A stretch of DNA of 64,000 nt, from the NCBI RefSeq assembly GCF_964204645.1, contig NC_134032.1:6250275-6314274 (forward strand). The letters run 5' to 3'. Below the pieces are notes generated by a model. That model made no database searches. It was given only the letters and a program-made list of their open reading frames with translations, and had not been told where the DNA came from. Positions 23,993-35,961 of this stretch are shown here, piece by piece; the stretch's first letter is position 1; every line of letters starts with the position of its first letter. The stretch is from Tubulanus polymorphus (Eukaryota; Animalia; Nemertea). A program made the position numbers and the translations under genes.

Positions 23993-24494
23993 TTTTTGAC
24001 GTGGAATCCGCAATTGCCACAGAAGTAGCAGTACACCATTGGGCGCGTACTAGGATAAAGCAAAAGGATTGTTTTACATAAAACACGTGTTCTTTAAAGC
24101 AGGGCTGGCGCGTTGTATTTGTTGAAGTGAAAATGTATATTCAATCGCACACAAGAGTCGTCGATCTCTATGCCGTAATCAAATAATAGTCATGAAGCTT
24201 CGAAGCTAATCGATAGCGAACATATGATCGTCGTATTGTTTCAATCAGCATCCATCTACAAAATACTTAAACCTAGCCTACCTCTGGCAGGTTTCGATTG
24301 GTTTCTACCGATTCTGGAATTCACTTTGAGCGCGTTTATTTCGACCAGTACGCTCTCCATTCCGCGATATCATCATCTGTAAACCTGAGGGCTGGTTTGT
24401 AATCTGGATAGTATTCCTCAACTGGGATAGGTCCAATCTTAACCTGCCTAAAAGCAAATGGATATCTAGGATTTTTCAGAAGATAATTTCGGCA

Positions 24495-27400
24495 ATGAGG
24501 AAAAGACGCTTTTTGGTTATAACGGCTGTGTTGTTCTTGATGTCGTTTGGATTCTTTCGACTTACGACCAAGCGACCTATTTGGAATTTGGAGAAATTCC
24601 CAACAATAGCAAAAAGGTAAGTAAAATGGGGTCATCATTACTCCTAAGTCCCATTGCTCCGAAATCCCAATACTCCGAAGTCCCCATATTCCGAAAACCC
24701 AAAACAGATGAAATGTAGTTAAAGCTGATCCCATTACTCCGAAGTCGCATTATTCCGAGGTCCTAATACTCCGAACAATTAATTCGTTAGGGTCAATAAA
24801 GGACGACTGAACTTCGATAAATATGGATTTATTTCACAGTATATATAACAGAAATAGAGAGGAGAGAGCAGTAAAAAGCCGAGGCTTGTAAGAAACTGGC
24901 CCCTAAACCCATCCCGAAACCCAGTTTTCACAGCCATACAACAATCACACAACATATTCACACAACACAATCACATCGAAATCTCTCATACGTATAAATG
25001 CATGCAATATAAATTCGAATCCAAATAAAATTTAATCATACAGGTTCATTATTTCTAATAAGATGAAAGTAAGTAAAGTTTTGAATATTTTGACATATCA
25101 GATAATTTCAATATTTTCAGGGATTTAAACAGTAGAGATGTATGGTCAAAGTAGCCCTTTCTAGAAATAATTCTTACAATTTTCTTTTGTAGTAAAAACA
25201 AATTATTAAGATAGGTCTGGTAAGTGCTTGTCCAAATTAAGTTACAGTAATCAAGATATGGGCGAATCAAACTATAATATAGTTGTAACAATTGTTTTGA
25301 GGGAATAAAATATGAAATTCTTCGAATAATACCAAGGTTTTTTGAGATCTTGTTAGAAATGGTCATTATATGCTCCTTCCAGTTAAGATTTTCATCAATC
25401 TGAACACCTAAAAAATTTGTACTACAAACTCTTTCAATATAAATTCCACATATAGATATTTTCAATTCACTTTTCTTTTTTACTCGAATGAAAACCATAT
25501 AATGAGTTTTTTTTCAAATTTAACGAAAGTCAATTAACTTTAAACCACATATCTAAATTTGATAATTCCCTGTTGACCAAAAATTCTAGAGATTTTAAAT
25601 CTTTATGAGATATGAAGGCATAAGTATCATCTGCAAACATTATGAACTGAAATAATTTGAACTGTTGATACAGTCATTAATATATGAAAGAAAAAGTATG
25701 GGACCTAAAATCGAACCTTGCAGAACTCCACAGGTTAATTTTTGCGGAGGGGAAATATGAATCACAACTTGAAATCGTTTTTCAAGGTAGCTGGAAAAAA
25801 ATTTTAGTACAACTCCGCGAAAGCCATAATCATTCAATTTAGCTAGGAGAATTTTATAATCTAAAGTATCAAATGCTCGTGAAAGGTCTAAGTAAATACC
25901 AATTGAGTGTTTGTTGTTATCCAAGTTATCGCTCATCTGGGTACCATCAGAAAAACAAATATTGAAAATATATGCGCTAGTGGACTAGAAATAGTATCAA
26001 TTACGCTTTTCAATACTTTTTGGTTAATGTCATCAAAACCACAATTATTTTTCAATTTAAAGTTTCTGACTATTAATTCTATTTCGTGAGGTAGAATTGG
26101 ATTTAGAAATAAATTATGATCAAGCTGAGGATTCATGAATTTTTCAAAACTTTCTGATTGATTGGGAAAACAATTAGGCTAGATTTGGTCCAACATTAAC
26201 GAAATTGTCATTGAAAGATTTGGCAATTACATCGGGATCTGAAATAAGTTAATTATTGATTTTAAAATCATCTGGATATTTGTTCTTATCAGAATTTCTA
26301 TTCAGTAATTCTTTTATAACTTTCCAAGTGTATAACTGTTATTACCGGCTCGATCAAATTTATGAATAAAATGATTTCTTTTTGCATGGATGATAAGCCT
26401 ATCATAAAAATTTCTGAAGAAAGTGAAGCGTGCTTTTGATGATTGAGTTCGTTGAGTAACATAACGTTTATATAATTGTTCTTTGTTTCAGTGATTTCAA
26501 CAATCCTCTAGTCATCCATGGATGCGAATCAGTTTTAAATTTAGAATATTTCTTTTTAACAATAGGTATACAGTCATCATATAGTTTCTTAAAAATACGA
26601 AAGAATTCTGAATATGCAACTGATGCATCAGTCAAGGACGTTATACAATGCCAGTCAGATATCAATAGTTTCCTTCTAAAATTATTACCATTTCTTGCAC
26701 TTATTTCACGATAAGAAAAATATTTGGGGTTTACTTTATTATTAGCATTTCGTTCAAATTGAGCTAAGTTCAAACAAGTGAATATAGGAAAATGATCTTT
26801 TATGTTCCAAATAATAGCACCAGAACTTAGATTGTGGTTAAAGTAGGCATTTGTAAATATATTGTCAATAATAGTTGCTGAAGTATCAGTAACACGAGTA
26901 GGAACATCAATTAGGGGAATAAGAGAATATGACATCTTGGGAGTCAACAAATTTAGTAGTAGGTAAATGGGAAGATGAATGCGATAGATCAACATTAAAA
27001 TCACCCATGATAAAATATCTCTTATTTCAAATGGGAAGAAGAATGCGATAGATCAATATTAAAATCACCCATGATAAAATATCTCTTATTTTTAGTGAGT
27101 TTTTAATAACAGTAAATCTAAATCTCTATTAAAATCGTTCAAACCACTACCTGTCCTATATACCACTCCAATACACATTATTAGATAGTTCAATAAAAAG
27201 ATGTTCAAAACATCAAAAAGAAATATCATTCTTGATATATAGAGCCACCTCCTTTGTACTTTCTACTTAGGAATTTACTTGTAAAACCATCAATATCATA
27301 CATGGATGAATTATCTTCTAAATCGGAGGTCCACGTTTCGGAAAAAACGATAATATCAAACTTACAAATGAAAGATTTGTAAGCGGTGTAAAAATGCTCA

Positions 27401-30369
27401 AAATTGTTGTTACAACTCCTCATATTTACATGGAGCAGAGAAAAATTATAACCAATTGGTATATTGTTCAATGAATTTACTTGATAATAATTACAATTAT
27501 TATCAAACGCATTATTTTCCCCTAAATTCATTACCGACGAGATCAAATTAATCATATACGGTACTTATTTGAAATAATATTAACACTTTCTCGGTGTTGA
27601 AGTATAAAGCTATAGAAGCTGTAAACACAAAATATGAGAAGACTAATACATTTATAATATTTATGTATACCCATATATTCAAGGAAAAATTGATTAATTC
27701 TTACATTTACACTTATATGCTCATCCTTATGGGAAATTGTCCAAACATGCACAATAAAGGGAAAGTTTATAATGAAAAAAATATGCACAAGAATAAAACA
27801 CCACAACATGGTGTTTGATAGATAATTGATATAATAATATAACTTATGTTAAGTATAGCCATATTACATCCTTACGAAATTATTCTAAATTGTAATAGTT
27901 AAATTAAATGTGCGGTAATAAGTTCACGAGGAATCTCATATACAAACATATATACAATTACATATATAATGAGAATTTGTGAATACAAAGTTTATATTGT
28001 TAATGGTTCGTAAAGTTGAAGGCGCTTTTTGTTACCATCCTTTGTCAACGCGATCACCTTACCATTCACTGTCCAGACATTTGTGTATAGGTCCGATTTA
28101 ACCGCGCGATTTACGAGCATTACAATTTCACTGCATAAGTCCTCCTTGATCACTAACTTTGTTTTTTTTCCAATAATGTGCGCTTTTTGATAATAGAGTC
28201 CCTCACACCTCGGTTCACAAAACGAACTATTATGTCATCCGGGGTTTTTTCTCACCGTCAACAAATTTAGGGGCCCTACTACGCAGTCTATGGGACAGTT
28301 CAATATCATCATTAGAGATTTTATTTGGTGTTTCCAACGATGGTTTATTATTCAGTGTTTCGACAATTAAATTAGTACAATTCTCGCCCTGTTTCTCGGG
28401 TATTCCATAGACTACGTACTTAGTGATTCCTTCTCGAATATTGGTTATTTTCAATAACGTTTGAAGTCGTTCAAATGATTTTTGTTGCTCCATTTCACGT
28501 TTTAATTCAGCAACATCACGTGTGTGTTGGGACTTCAGATCTGTAATTTCTGTAAATTTGGCTTTATTCGATTGTTCCAGGTCATATAGTCTCTCTTCAG
28601 TACTATGCATCAAATAATGGATCATTTTAGTGTGACTATCGAGCCGTACATTTTAAGTATCCAATATGTCTTGTTTCATGTTAGCAAGGGAGTCAAAGTT
28701 TCCCGTCATGTCCCGCATCATATTGGACAGTTTAGAGGTACTCTCCGGTTCTAAATCTTCGAACGTTGAACTTCTTTCTTTTCGTTTTTAAGTTGAAGGA
28801 GCCCTCTTTGAGTGGCGAGAACCACTAGCACTCTCAATGTCGTGATTGAGATTATATGTTCCTTAAACGCGATTTTGGGATATGGGGACTTCGTAGTAAT
28901 GAGTATGCCGTAAAATGCTATTATCTACAGTTGTATAGGTTTGATTTGGATCTGGATCCAGTTCCACAGTTGTGTGAGTTTTCATTTGACTGTGGATCCA
29001 GTTCGACATTTGACTCTGTATCCAGTTGGGATTTGACTAGGTAAACTCGTTTCAGTAAACGATGTTTTTCGTTGTTTTAGGTCTCATTGGATAAAACAAT
29101 GCCGATATTCACCCACTCAAGAACAGACATTTTCAAAAGAGGTATAAGCTAAAGGATCCGGACCCATATCTCGCCCGTCAACAGATTAAGGGATCAATAA
29201 AGTATTTTGAATTTGAATATGTTGAATGTCGACAAAGGTATTGCATTGTATCGACTAGCAACCAGTACCAATATTTATGACGTAGTGCACATCCACTAAA
29301 AATTCATTAGTAAAATGACATGAAAATCATTAAATAAGAGACATGATACTTGATGTATATATCATAGAATAAACACCACAATTGTAATTCGTTACTTGGG
29401 AACGCCAAAATGCGTGGCTGCTTAACCCTAAAATGTCCTACATTCCTTTTTCAGACCCACGCCTTCCAATTTTCCTAGATCCCACCCATGTTCTACTATT
29501 CAAACATAATCATTTCTTACTCATAGGAAATCGAACGGTTGATCAGGAAACAGCAGGCGGAACGGAAAGCTAGATTGCTGGCCGCTTGCAGACGACAGGG
29601 CTTCCCGTTCCTGGAAAATAGATTGTTACACACGCGCGCCATGCTGGTCAACCGTAAATACAAATTCGTGTATTGCTACGCGCCGAAAGTAGCTAGCAGC
29701 ACGCTTAGATTCGTAATGATGCAACTGAGACGACGCGAAGACCCTCATCAAAGCCACGTCGAAAGTATAGCTCATTTAAATCAAGGGGACGTCCGCAAAA
29801 TTCTTACGGACTCGAGCTTCATTCGATTCATGTTCGTCAGGAATCCGTGGTCCAGACTTCTATCCGCTTTCAGAGACAAATTCTTGAACGTACACAACAT
29901 GTCGAAGTTCCCGCAAATCTACTGGCCTATGTTGGACAAATATGTCGGTCTCAAAGTTTACGATTCGACCAAAAATGGTGGAGATACCCTCTACAGCGTG
30001 CCCGGTCGTAGGCATATCAATTTCGAGAATTTTCTGCGCTTCGTCACGGATGGAGTCTGGGACACGAATTTCAGCAACTTCTACAACGAGCATTGGGATT
30101 TATTCTATCGCTTGTGCCGCCCGTGCGACATGGGCTACGACTTCATCGGCAAATACGAAACGTTCGCACAAGATTATACGTATCTGATGCGCAAACTTGG
30201 CATACATAATTTAACGTACATGGCCCTGGCGAGGCCTCATACGTCGGAGGAGTATCTGAACAATTATTATCGCATGGTCGATCGTCAAGTAATCAACAAA
30301 GTTCGCGAATTTTATAAATGGGACTTCGAAATGTTCGGTTACGATGACTATGGAAATTGTACGGATTGA
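24495..30369 (+). CDS. Golgi carbohydrate sulfotransferase (Sulfotransfer_2; CHST8-14/HNK-1ST-like), ~341 aa; exons 24495-24616, 29081-29141, 29527-30369
   Basis: Exon 1 encodes a type II signal anchor (MRKRRFLVITAVLFLMSFGFFRL) and ends AG/GTAAGT (phase 2). Exon 2 is TTTTAG/..GAG/GTA. Exon 3 follows CATAG/ and has the 5'-PSB motif CYAPKVASSTL, the 3'-PB motif VRNPWSRLLSAFRDKF, HW..CRPC..YDFIGKYET and Y..DFEMFGY. Splice phases are consistent (1026 nt). Confidence 0.9.
24629..28909. mobile_element. Small TIR element (TACTCCGAAGTCCC repeats), split by a LINE, in sulfotransferase intron 1
   Basis: Left part 24629-24775 and inverted right end 28860-28909; 8-bp duplication GTAAAATG at 24621-24628 and 28910-28917. 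Confidence 0.65.
24776..28860 (-). mobile_element. Old, degraded CR1/L2-group LINE with ORF1 (coiled-coil plus L1-type RRM) and APE-RT ORF2 fragments
   Basis: ORF1 VVYGIPEKQGENC..IELSHRL (28230-28625). APE LLHVNMRS/FSETW (27226-27555) and PTRVTDTSATIIDNIF (26468-27004). RT YLDLSRAFD and GVLQGSILGP (25640-25936); C-terminal FLGVQIDENLNW (25055-25498). Many stops and frameshifts. Confidence 0.9.
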
Positions 30370-30506
30370 CGCATCTTGAAGTGTCTAATCTTAGTCCCCA
30401 ATTTGTATTTCTTATCTTATTGACTAAGTGTAAGTCATCATTCGGACGGAAGGCATCAACAATAACATGATGAACGTCACAGCATGAATGACTCAGTGGC
30501 TACAAT

Positions 30507-31455
30507 TATGGGCGGCCATCCCCGCCAAACAGACGCTAAAGGATAAACCTATAACGTGAAGGATAAACCTATAACATGAAGTATAATGTAGTAACGTGAA
30601 GGATAAAATCATGACGTGAAGGATCAACTCATGTCATTAAGGATAAACCTGTTATGTCACCAGATGGCGTGCCAATCAATCAGAAATATGTTCAGTTGTG
30701 CGCACGCGTCATGACGTGTGAACTTTAATAAGTTTCAACGTACGGAATTAGGTTCGAATCCCGAAAATGATGAAGTGTCGCTGGTTTATTTTGTTTGCCG
30801 CATTATTTGTTTGCCGGTTTATTATCTCAAATAGGAAATAATAAACTTTGAAAGCCCCAGTATCTATAGTATGTGCTAATAGGTTCGAATCCTGAAATTG
30901 TGTATTTATTCATATATCGCGATATATTTCAAATTTTTAGCTTACTGCCGGCAAGATTTCAACCCGTTATCCCAAAAAATACAACAGATCATCTTAAGCA
31001 ATTATTGACAAAAAAACGAAGAATGCCTGGTCCTGTTGCGTCCGCAGTTGTGAGCCAAATGAGCCAAATCAAAACTCGCATTTATGAATAATTTTTGTGA
31101 TAAGAACCTAATAGCGCCAATGAAATAGACCAGCGACATTACGGTCATCAATTTGAAATAAGGATCAATATTGGGATTCGAACCTAATAAAAACTACAGT
31201 GACGCTCATGCTGGAGTCATTAAAGTTCACATGTCATGACGCCTGCGCACAACAAAATTTATTTCGACCGACCGGCACGCCATCTGGTGGCATTTTAGGT
31301 TTATCCTCGATGACGTGTGAGTTGATCCTTCACGTCATGACATTATCCTTCACGTAATGAGTTTATCCTTCACGTTATGAGTTCATCCTTCACGTTATGG
31401 GTTTATCCTTCACGTGATGACTTGAACGTCTGTTTGATGGGGATGGCCGCCCATA
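30507..31455. mobile_element. Fold-back TIR element (~950 bp) just downstream of the sulfotransferase stop codon
   Basis: TIR TATGGGCGGCCATCCCC..AAACAGACG; arms with ACGTGAAGGATAAAC subrepeats inverted over ~250 bp; flanks TACAAT / TACGAT. Confidence 0.82.
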
Positions 31456-32283
31456 TACGATGGCTAGTTTCACTGAACATCTACGATATGATGAAATTCG
31501 CCTCTTCTATCGACTGCTTTGATCAGCAGTTGAGCTCGATCGAGGACAAATTGGTTTTTCTTACCAACAAAACCAATAAAAAGACACGAGAAAAGATGAA
31601 AACTTCAGGAACGTCGCGTTTTCAAACGATCGTTTTTTATTTATAAATTATCTCATAATACATCAGTATACATATATACTTTATGTGCAGAATTTACAGA
31701 AAATAAGTGATTACCAGACTTTCGCGTTGACAGGTTTTTATACATTGCTCGTATAGGGCCTATGCAGTAAACTCCGCAGACTAAAATCAAGGCGAGGCCA
31801 ACTCATCGGACCTTCGACTATTCCGTTAAATTCCGTTAAACTAAAGCTTGTTTTTGTCTCTTTTACCTAAAAAAAAATTCACTTGGTGCGAAAAATAAAC
31901 GATCATGAACTGCCGCTCGAATTGTATTTCCTTTTGTGACGCGAATAAAAGAAGACAAAACGAACGTGAAAACATGCAAACATTCGATGATAGAAAAATC
32001 AATAAACTTGTTAACGGGCAACAGTCGGCTATTTAGGATCGCTAACCAAGCAGGAGATTGTGTACGTAAGCTCTCCATGAGCTATGTGTAGTCTACTAAC
32101 GGTAGCCTACTGATCAAAGCACTAAACACATGCATGGTTACTATGTATTTGTGAAGAGATGTACATTGAGCAAACCTGGTGGTAGATGGGGGTGGTGGTA
32201 AATGGCAGGGCGGTATATGGGGGTTTACAGTACTTTCAACATATGCTAAGTTGAACGGATGAGAGGATTCGAGTAGTAAAGAG

Positions 32284-32619
32284 CATGGTTCCCATAGTTA
32301 TATGAATTAAAAATTCCAAAGTTTTTCCCCAAGTATTACATGGATGATTTTTCAATTTTCCCAAATGGAAATAAACACATATTGTCATGCTACAGTCAAC
32401 ATTTTAGCGGTGACTAGTTGATAAATATGATTTTCAAGGGAAATTGCTGATGAAAGTTGCCCTTGGCAAATGCAATACGTGAAATGTAATGAATTTCCAA
32501 AATTTCCCGAATTGCTCTTTTTGAGGAACATTTTTCAAATTCCCAATATTTCCAAACTGGGAATTATTATTTTAAAATTCACAAGTTCATCCCAATTTCC
32601 CTGTTCTGTGGGAACTATG
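32284..32619. mobile_element. MITE (CATGGTTCCCA..TGGGAAC(C/T)ATG), copy 1
   Basis: 14-bp TIR; body closely matches 53688-54022. Confidence 0.75.
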
Positions 32620-35600
32620 TGAGAGGAGACCTGTATAATTTTTGGCATGTACTCGGACTTTCGCGTAACTGTGGATACTTCCGAACCTATAGTTCCACTG
32701 TTCGAACTCCACAGTATATAAATAAAGGCACCAGTTTTGACTAACTCGAAATTATTTTCCGACTTCCAGATGTATTTTCCGATTATCAACTCGGACCAAT
32801 TTTGCCACGGTCCCATTTTATCCTAGTTAGGCGAAGTTTACATGTATGCTTAAATGTAGGCCTTCTTAATGGTAAAAATTAGAACCCCAACAGCCACACG
32901 TAAATGACAAGTGCATGTATATGTGCGCACATGTACCGTACATGCAGGTAGGCCTAAATACATTGAAATTGCGTAATTGACAGGAAAGATGAAATTTTCA
33001 TCATGAGTCGGGAGACACTAAGTACCTGGCAGGGGCAGATTTAAGGGGTGTGCGCATCCTCTTAATCCGCCCCTACATTCTTCCCCCTGAAGCTTATACA
33101 CACTAGCTAAGTTGATAGGTCATTATCCTTCTTCGAACCTGATGGAATTTTGTGGCTAAGCTGTGCTCTATATTCGGGCAGAGTTTTCTTGCCGTGGTAG
33201 AGTCTCGTGATGCCCATGTCTTCAACACACCGATTAACTTAACATCACGCATGTTTGACATTATATTTACAAGTTCCATTACAATCATCACAATAATAAT
33301 ATTCTATTTACACAAATATTGCAGATCAAAAGAATCCAGTGACAGTCCAGTACCGTAGTAGGCTTAGACAGGTAGCAATCCGCTGCCTGTACAAACCCCT
33401 CTCAACCAGGAGCGGATCCATGGGGGCCAAAGCGGTCCACCCCCTATTTTTGCCAAGATATCACAACCTGGCTTGAAAAGTTACACATACACTGGCAACT
33501 CAGTGCCAGTCATTTTGTGCTAGTATCAATCTAGATATTTAGAAAATAATCCAATTTTCAAAATATTCTTGGGCCCCTAAATCCCCTTAAAGGAGCACAG
33601 AGCTCACATTCATGTAGCAAGACGTGCATGATGTGATGATTTTTAACCCCCATCCCCCTTTCAAAATTCTTGGATATGCCCCTGTGGACCCATCAGTTCC
33701 AGGATTAAGTTTGATCATTGACTCTAAAACGATTTTGTTTTAGAGTCTGTGGTCATCATTTGGATAGATCATGGAAACAAAGAGTCCATGGATAAATCAG
33801 CATTAAACATAATGATCACCCCAACTACGACTTTAGCCAGTTTCGCTGTATAGGCGTACATGCTCAAAATATGACCATATACCCCACTTAACCGAGAGTG
33901 TTAATAAGGTCTAAATTCATTGTTCCAAAGCAATGTCAACACAGTGACATTAAAACTACATTATTACTCCGTGACATATTGACTTAAAACATGGACCCCA
34001 AAATGATAAAACCATGTGAATGACGAATTGGAACTAACTGGATCCAATTCCACAAATGTGAGTTAGTCTACTCTGAAAATTTAGTCCATTTTCAGTGCGT
34101 CAAATATCAACTCACAACTGCGTAACCTGGATCCAGTTCCAGTCGTGAGTTAGAATAAACTCTGGACTCAGGATCTAGTTCAACAGTTGTTAAGAGTAAC
34201 TCTAATCTAAAAACAATTCATAGTTCAAAATCCTGTTCAAAATTTGCCCACCACTTGTTTAGATGCAAGTGCAGCAACTTCAAGGTGGGCCTATGAACAT
34301 ATAGCACCCATATCACTCTTTTCTCTTCACTTCAGAAATAGTGCATAATTCAGAAGTTTAGACACACCCATCCACCATTATTCCTATTCTCGTAGTATTT
34401 GCTAACACTCCCACACACGTGAAAATCATATCTTATATGACACGAAAAAGTACATCTATTCAATAACATATCAATCTGTTAGCGTATATATTATAACTGT
34501 TATCATCATTATCAGTACAATAGCATACATGTACAAACTAGACATATTATCACATGAAATGAAAAGAAACTAGTATCATGAAGTCATACGTGCTGTCTTC
34601 TAATTAAATCTTATACAATCAAAAACCCAAAACAATCTACAGTCCTAATTTTGTCAGGTCATAATCTGATAAGTTGTTCTACCGAAGTTGTCATTGTTTT
34701 ATGTCTTAATTTGCTGAAGTCGTTTCTATTTTTTGTGCCCTAACAGTTAATTTCTAATTCAATGTACTAAGAGTAAGTCTTTGGGAAAGTTATCACATAA
34801 CAGAAGTCTCTTTTTTGAGTCCCAATTTGTATTTCCAATTAGATTTACTTAATGTAGGTCACTATTTGGAACAGCCGTCAACATAATGATTGAAATATAT
34901 GTTTGACTGTTTTATTGCATTTGCATATACACTAGTGAATCAGCCCAAGAAGCAGATCGCGAGGGGCCAGAGCATGACCATTTTGAAAAAAGGCATTTAC
35001 AAAGGGAAGATTGTCAATATTGATGATAATAATGTGGTGGAACCTCGTTACAGCAAATTCAGGAGACCAGAAAAACTTTTTCTTATAAATCTATCATAAG
35101 CTGAACCACATTACAACAATCTTCAGGAGACCAGAAAATTCTACGCCCTACGTTTGTATTGACAAGGTTTTTCTGACTTATCAAAACACAAACATTTTCA
35201 CAAAATTTTGTTGTTGTCGCGGTAATTTTTAATGAGTCTAGCAGAAACGTAAAATTAAAATCATATTATTTGAAGAAAAATATCTTGAAAATTGAGATAA
35301 AATTGTATAATGCAAATTTAGATAACCATTCATTCAACCCTCACAATCACCTGACCTAAGTACAGCTCACATCCCCTGCATTTAATTCATGTATAATATG
35401 ATACAACAATAAGTAATTGCAAACTATACAATCTTTGCCAGTCTCCATAGACAAGTGACTGTATAATTCAATCGAAGGATGAAACCCCACAATTATGAAG
35501 AGCAACCGAAAGTGTAGTGAAGTTTAGACTCAATTCTAGGAATCATTTCCAAAACTGGAAAATAGCTCACAGAATAAACATCAATGCCACTACTCTTAGT

Positions 35601-35961
35601 TTTTGAATATAGTTCATAGAATTGAGTAGAAACGTCACTAATTTCCAATTGAGTCGAAAAAGTCACAACTCCCTAAGTTTGGAAAATGGCTCTTAGAAAT
35701 GGGTCTTAATGTCGCTAATCTCTTAGCTTCTCCTCATAATTGTTTGTTTTTTCTTCCATATCAAATCTTCGCACAGGCATAATTACCTGCCGCACACTTC
35801 AAACATTCAAAGTGTCCGTATTTGTCCACGCTCCAACGGTGAATGGATAATCATGAGTTGGTTTCATCCATGCACGCACGCACAAACACACACATGTAAG
35901 AAAACTACGTATAATTTACGAAGAATGCCGCAAACAAAAAGTCATCATTATTAGTGTTTCT

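Noticed and set aside
24336-24734. 132-aa minus-strand ORF
   Set aside because: It is antisense to sulfotransferase exon 1 and starts in MITE repeats; the plus-strand exon explains the region.
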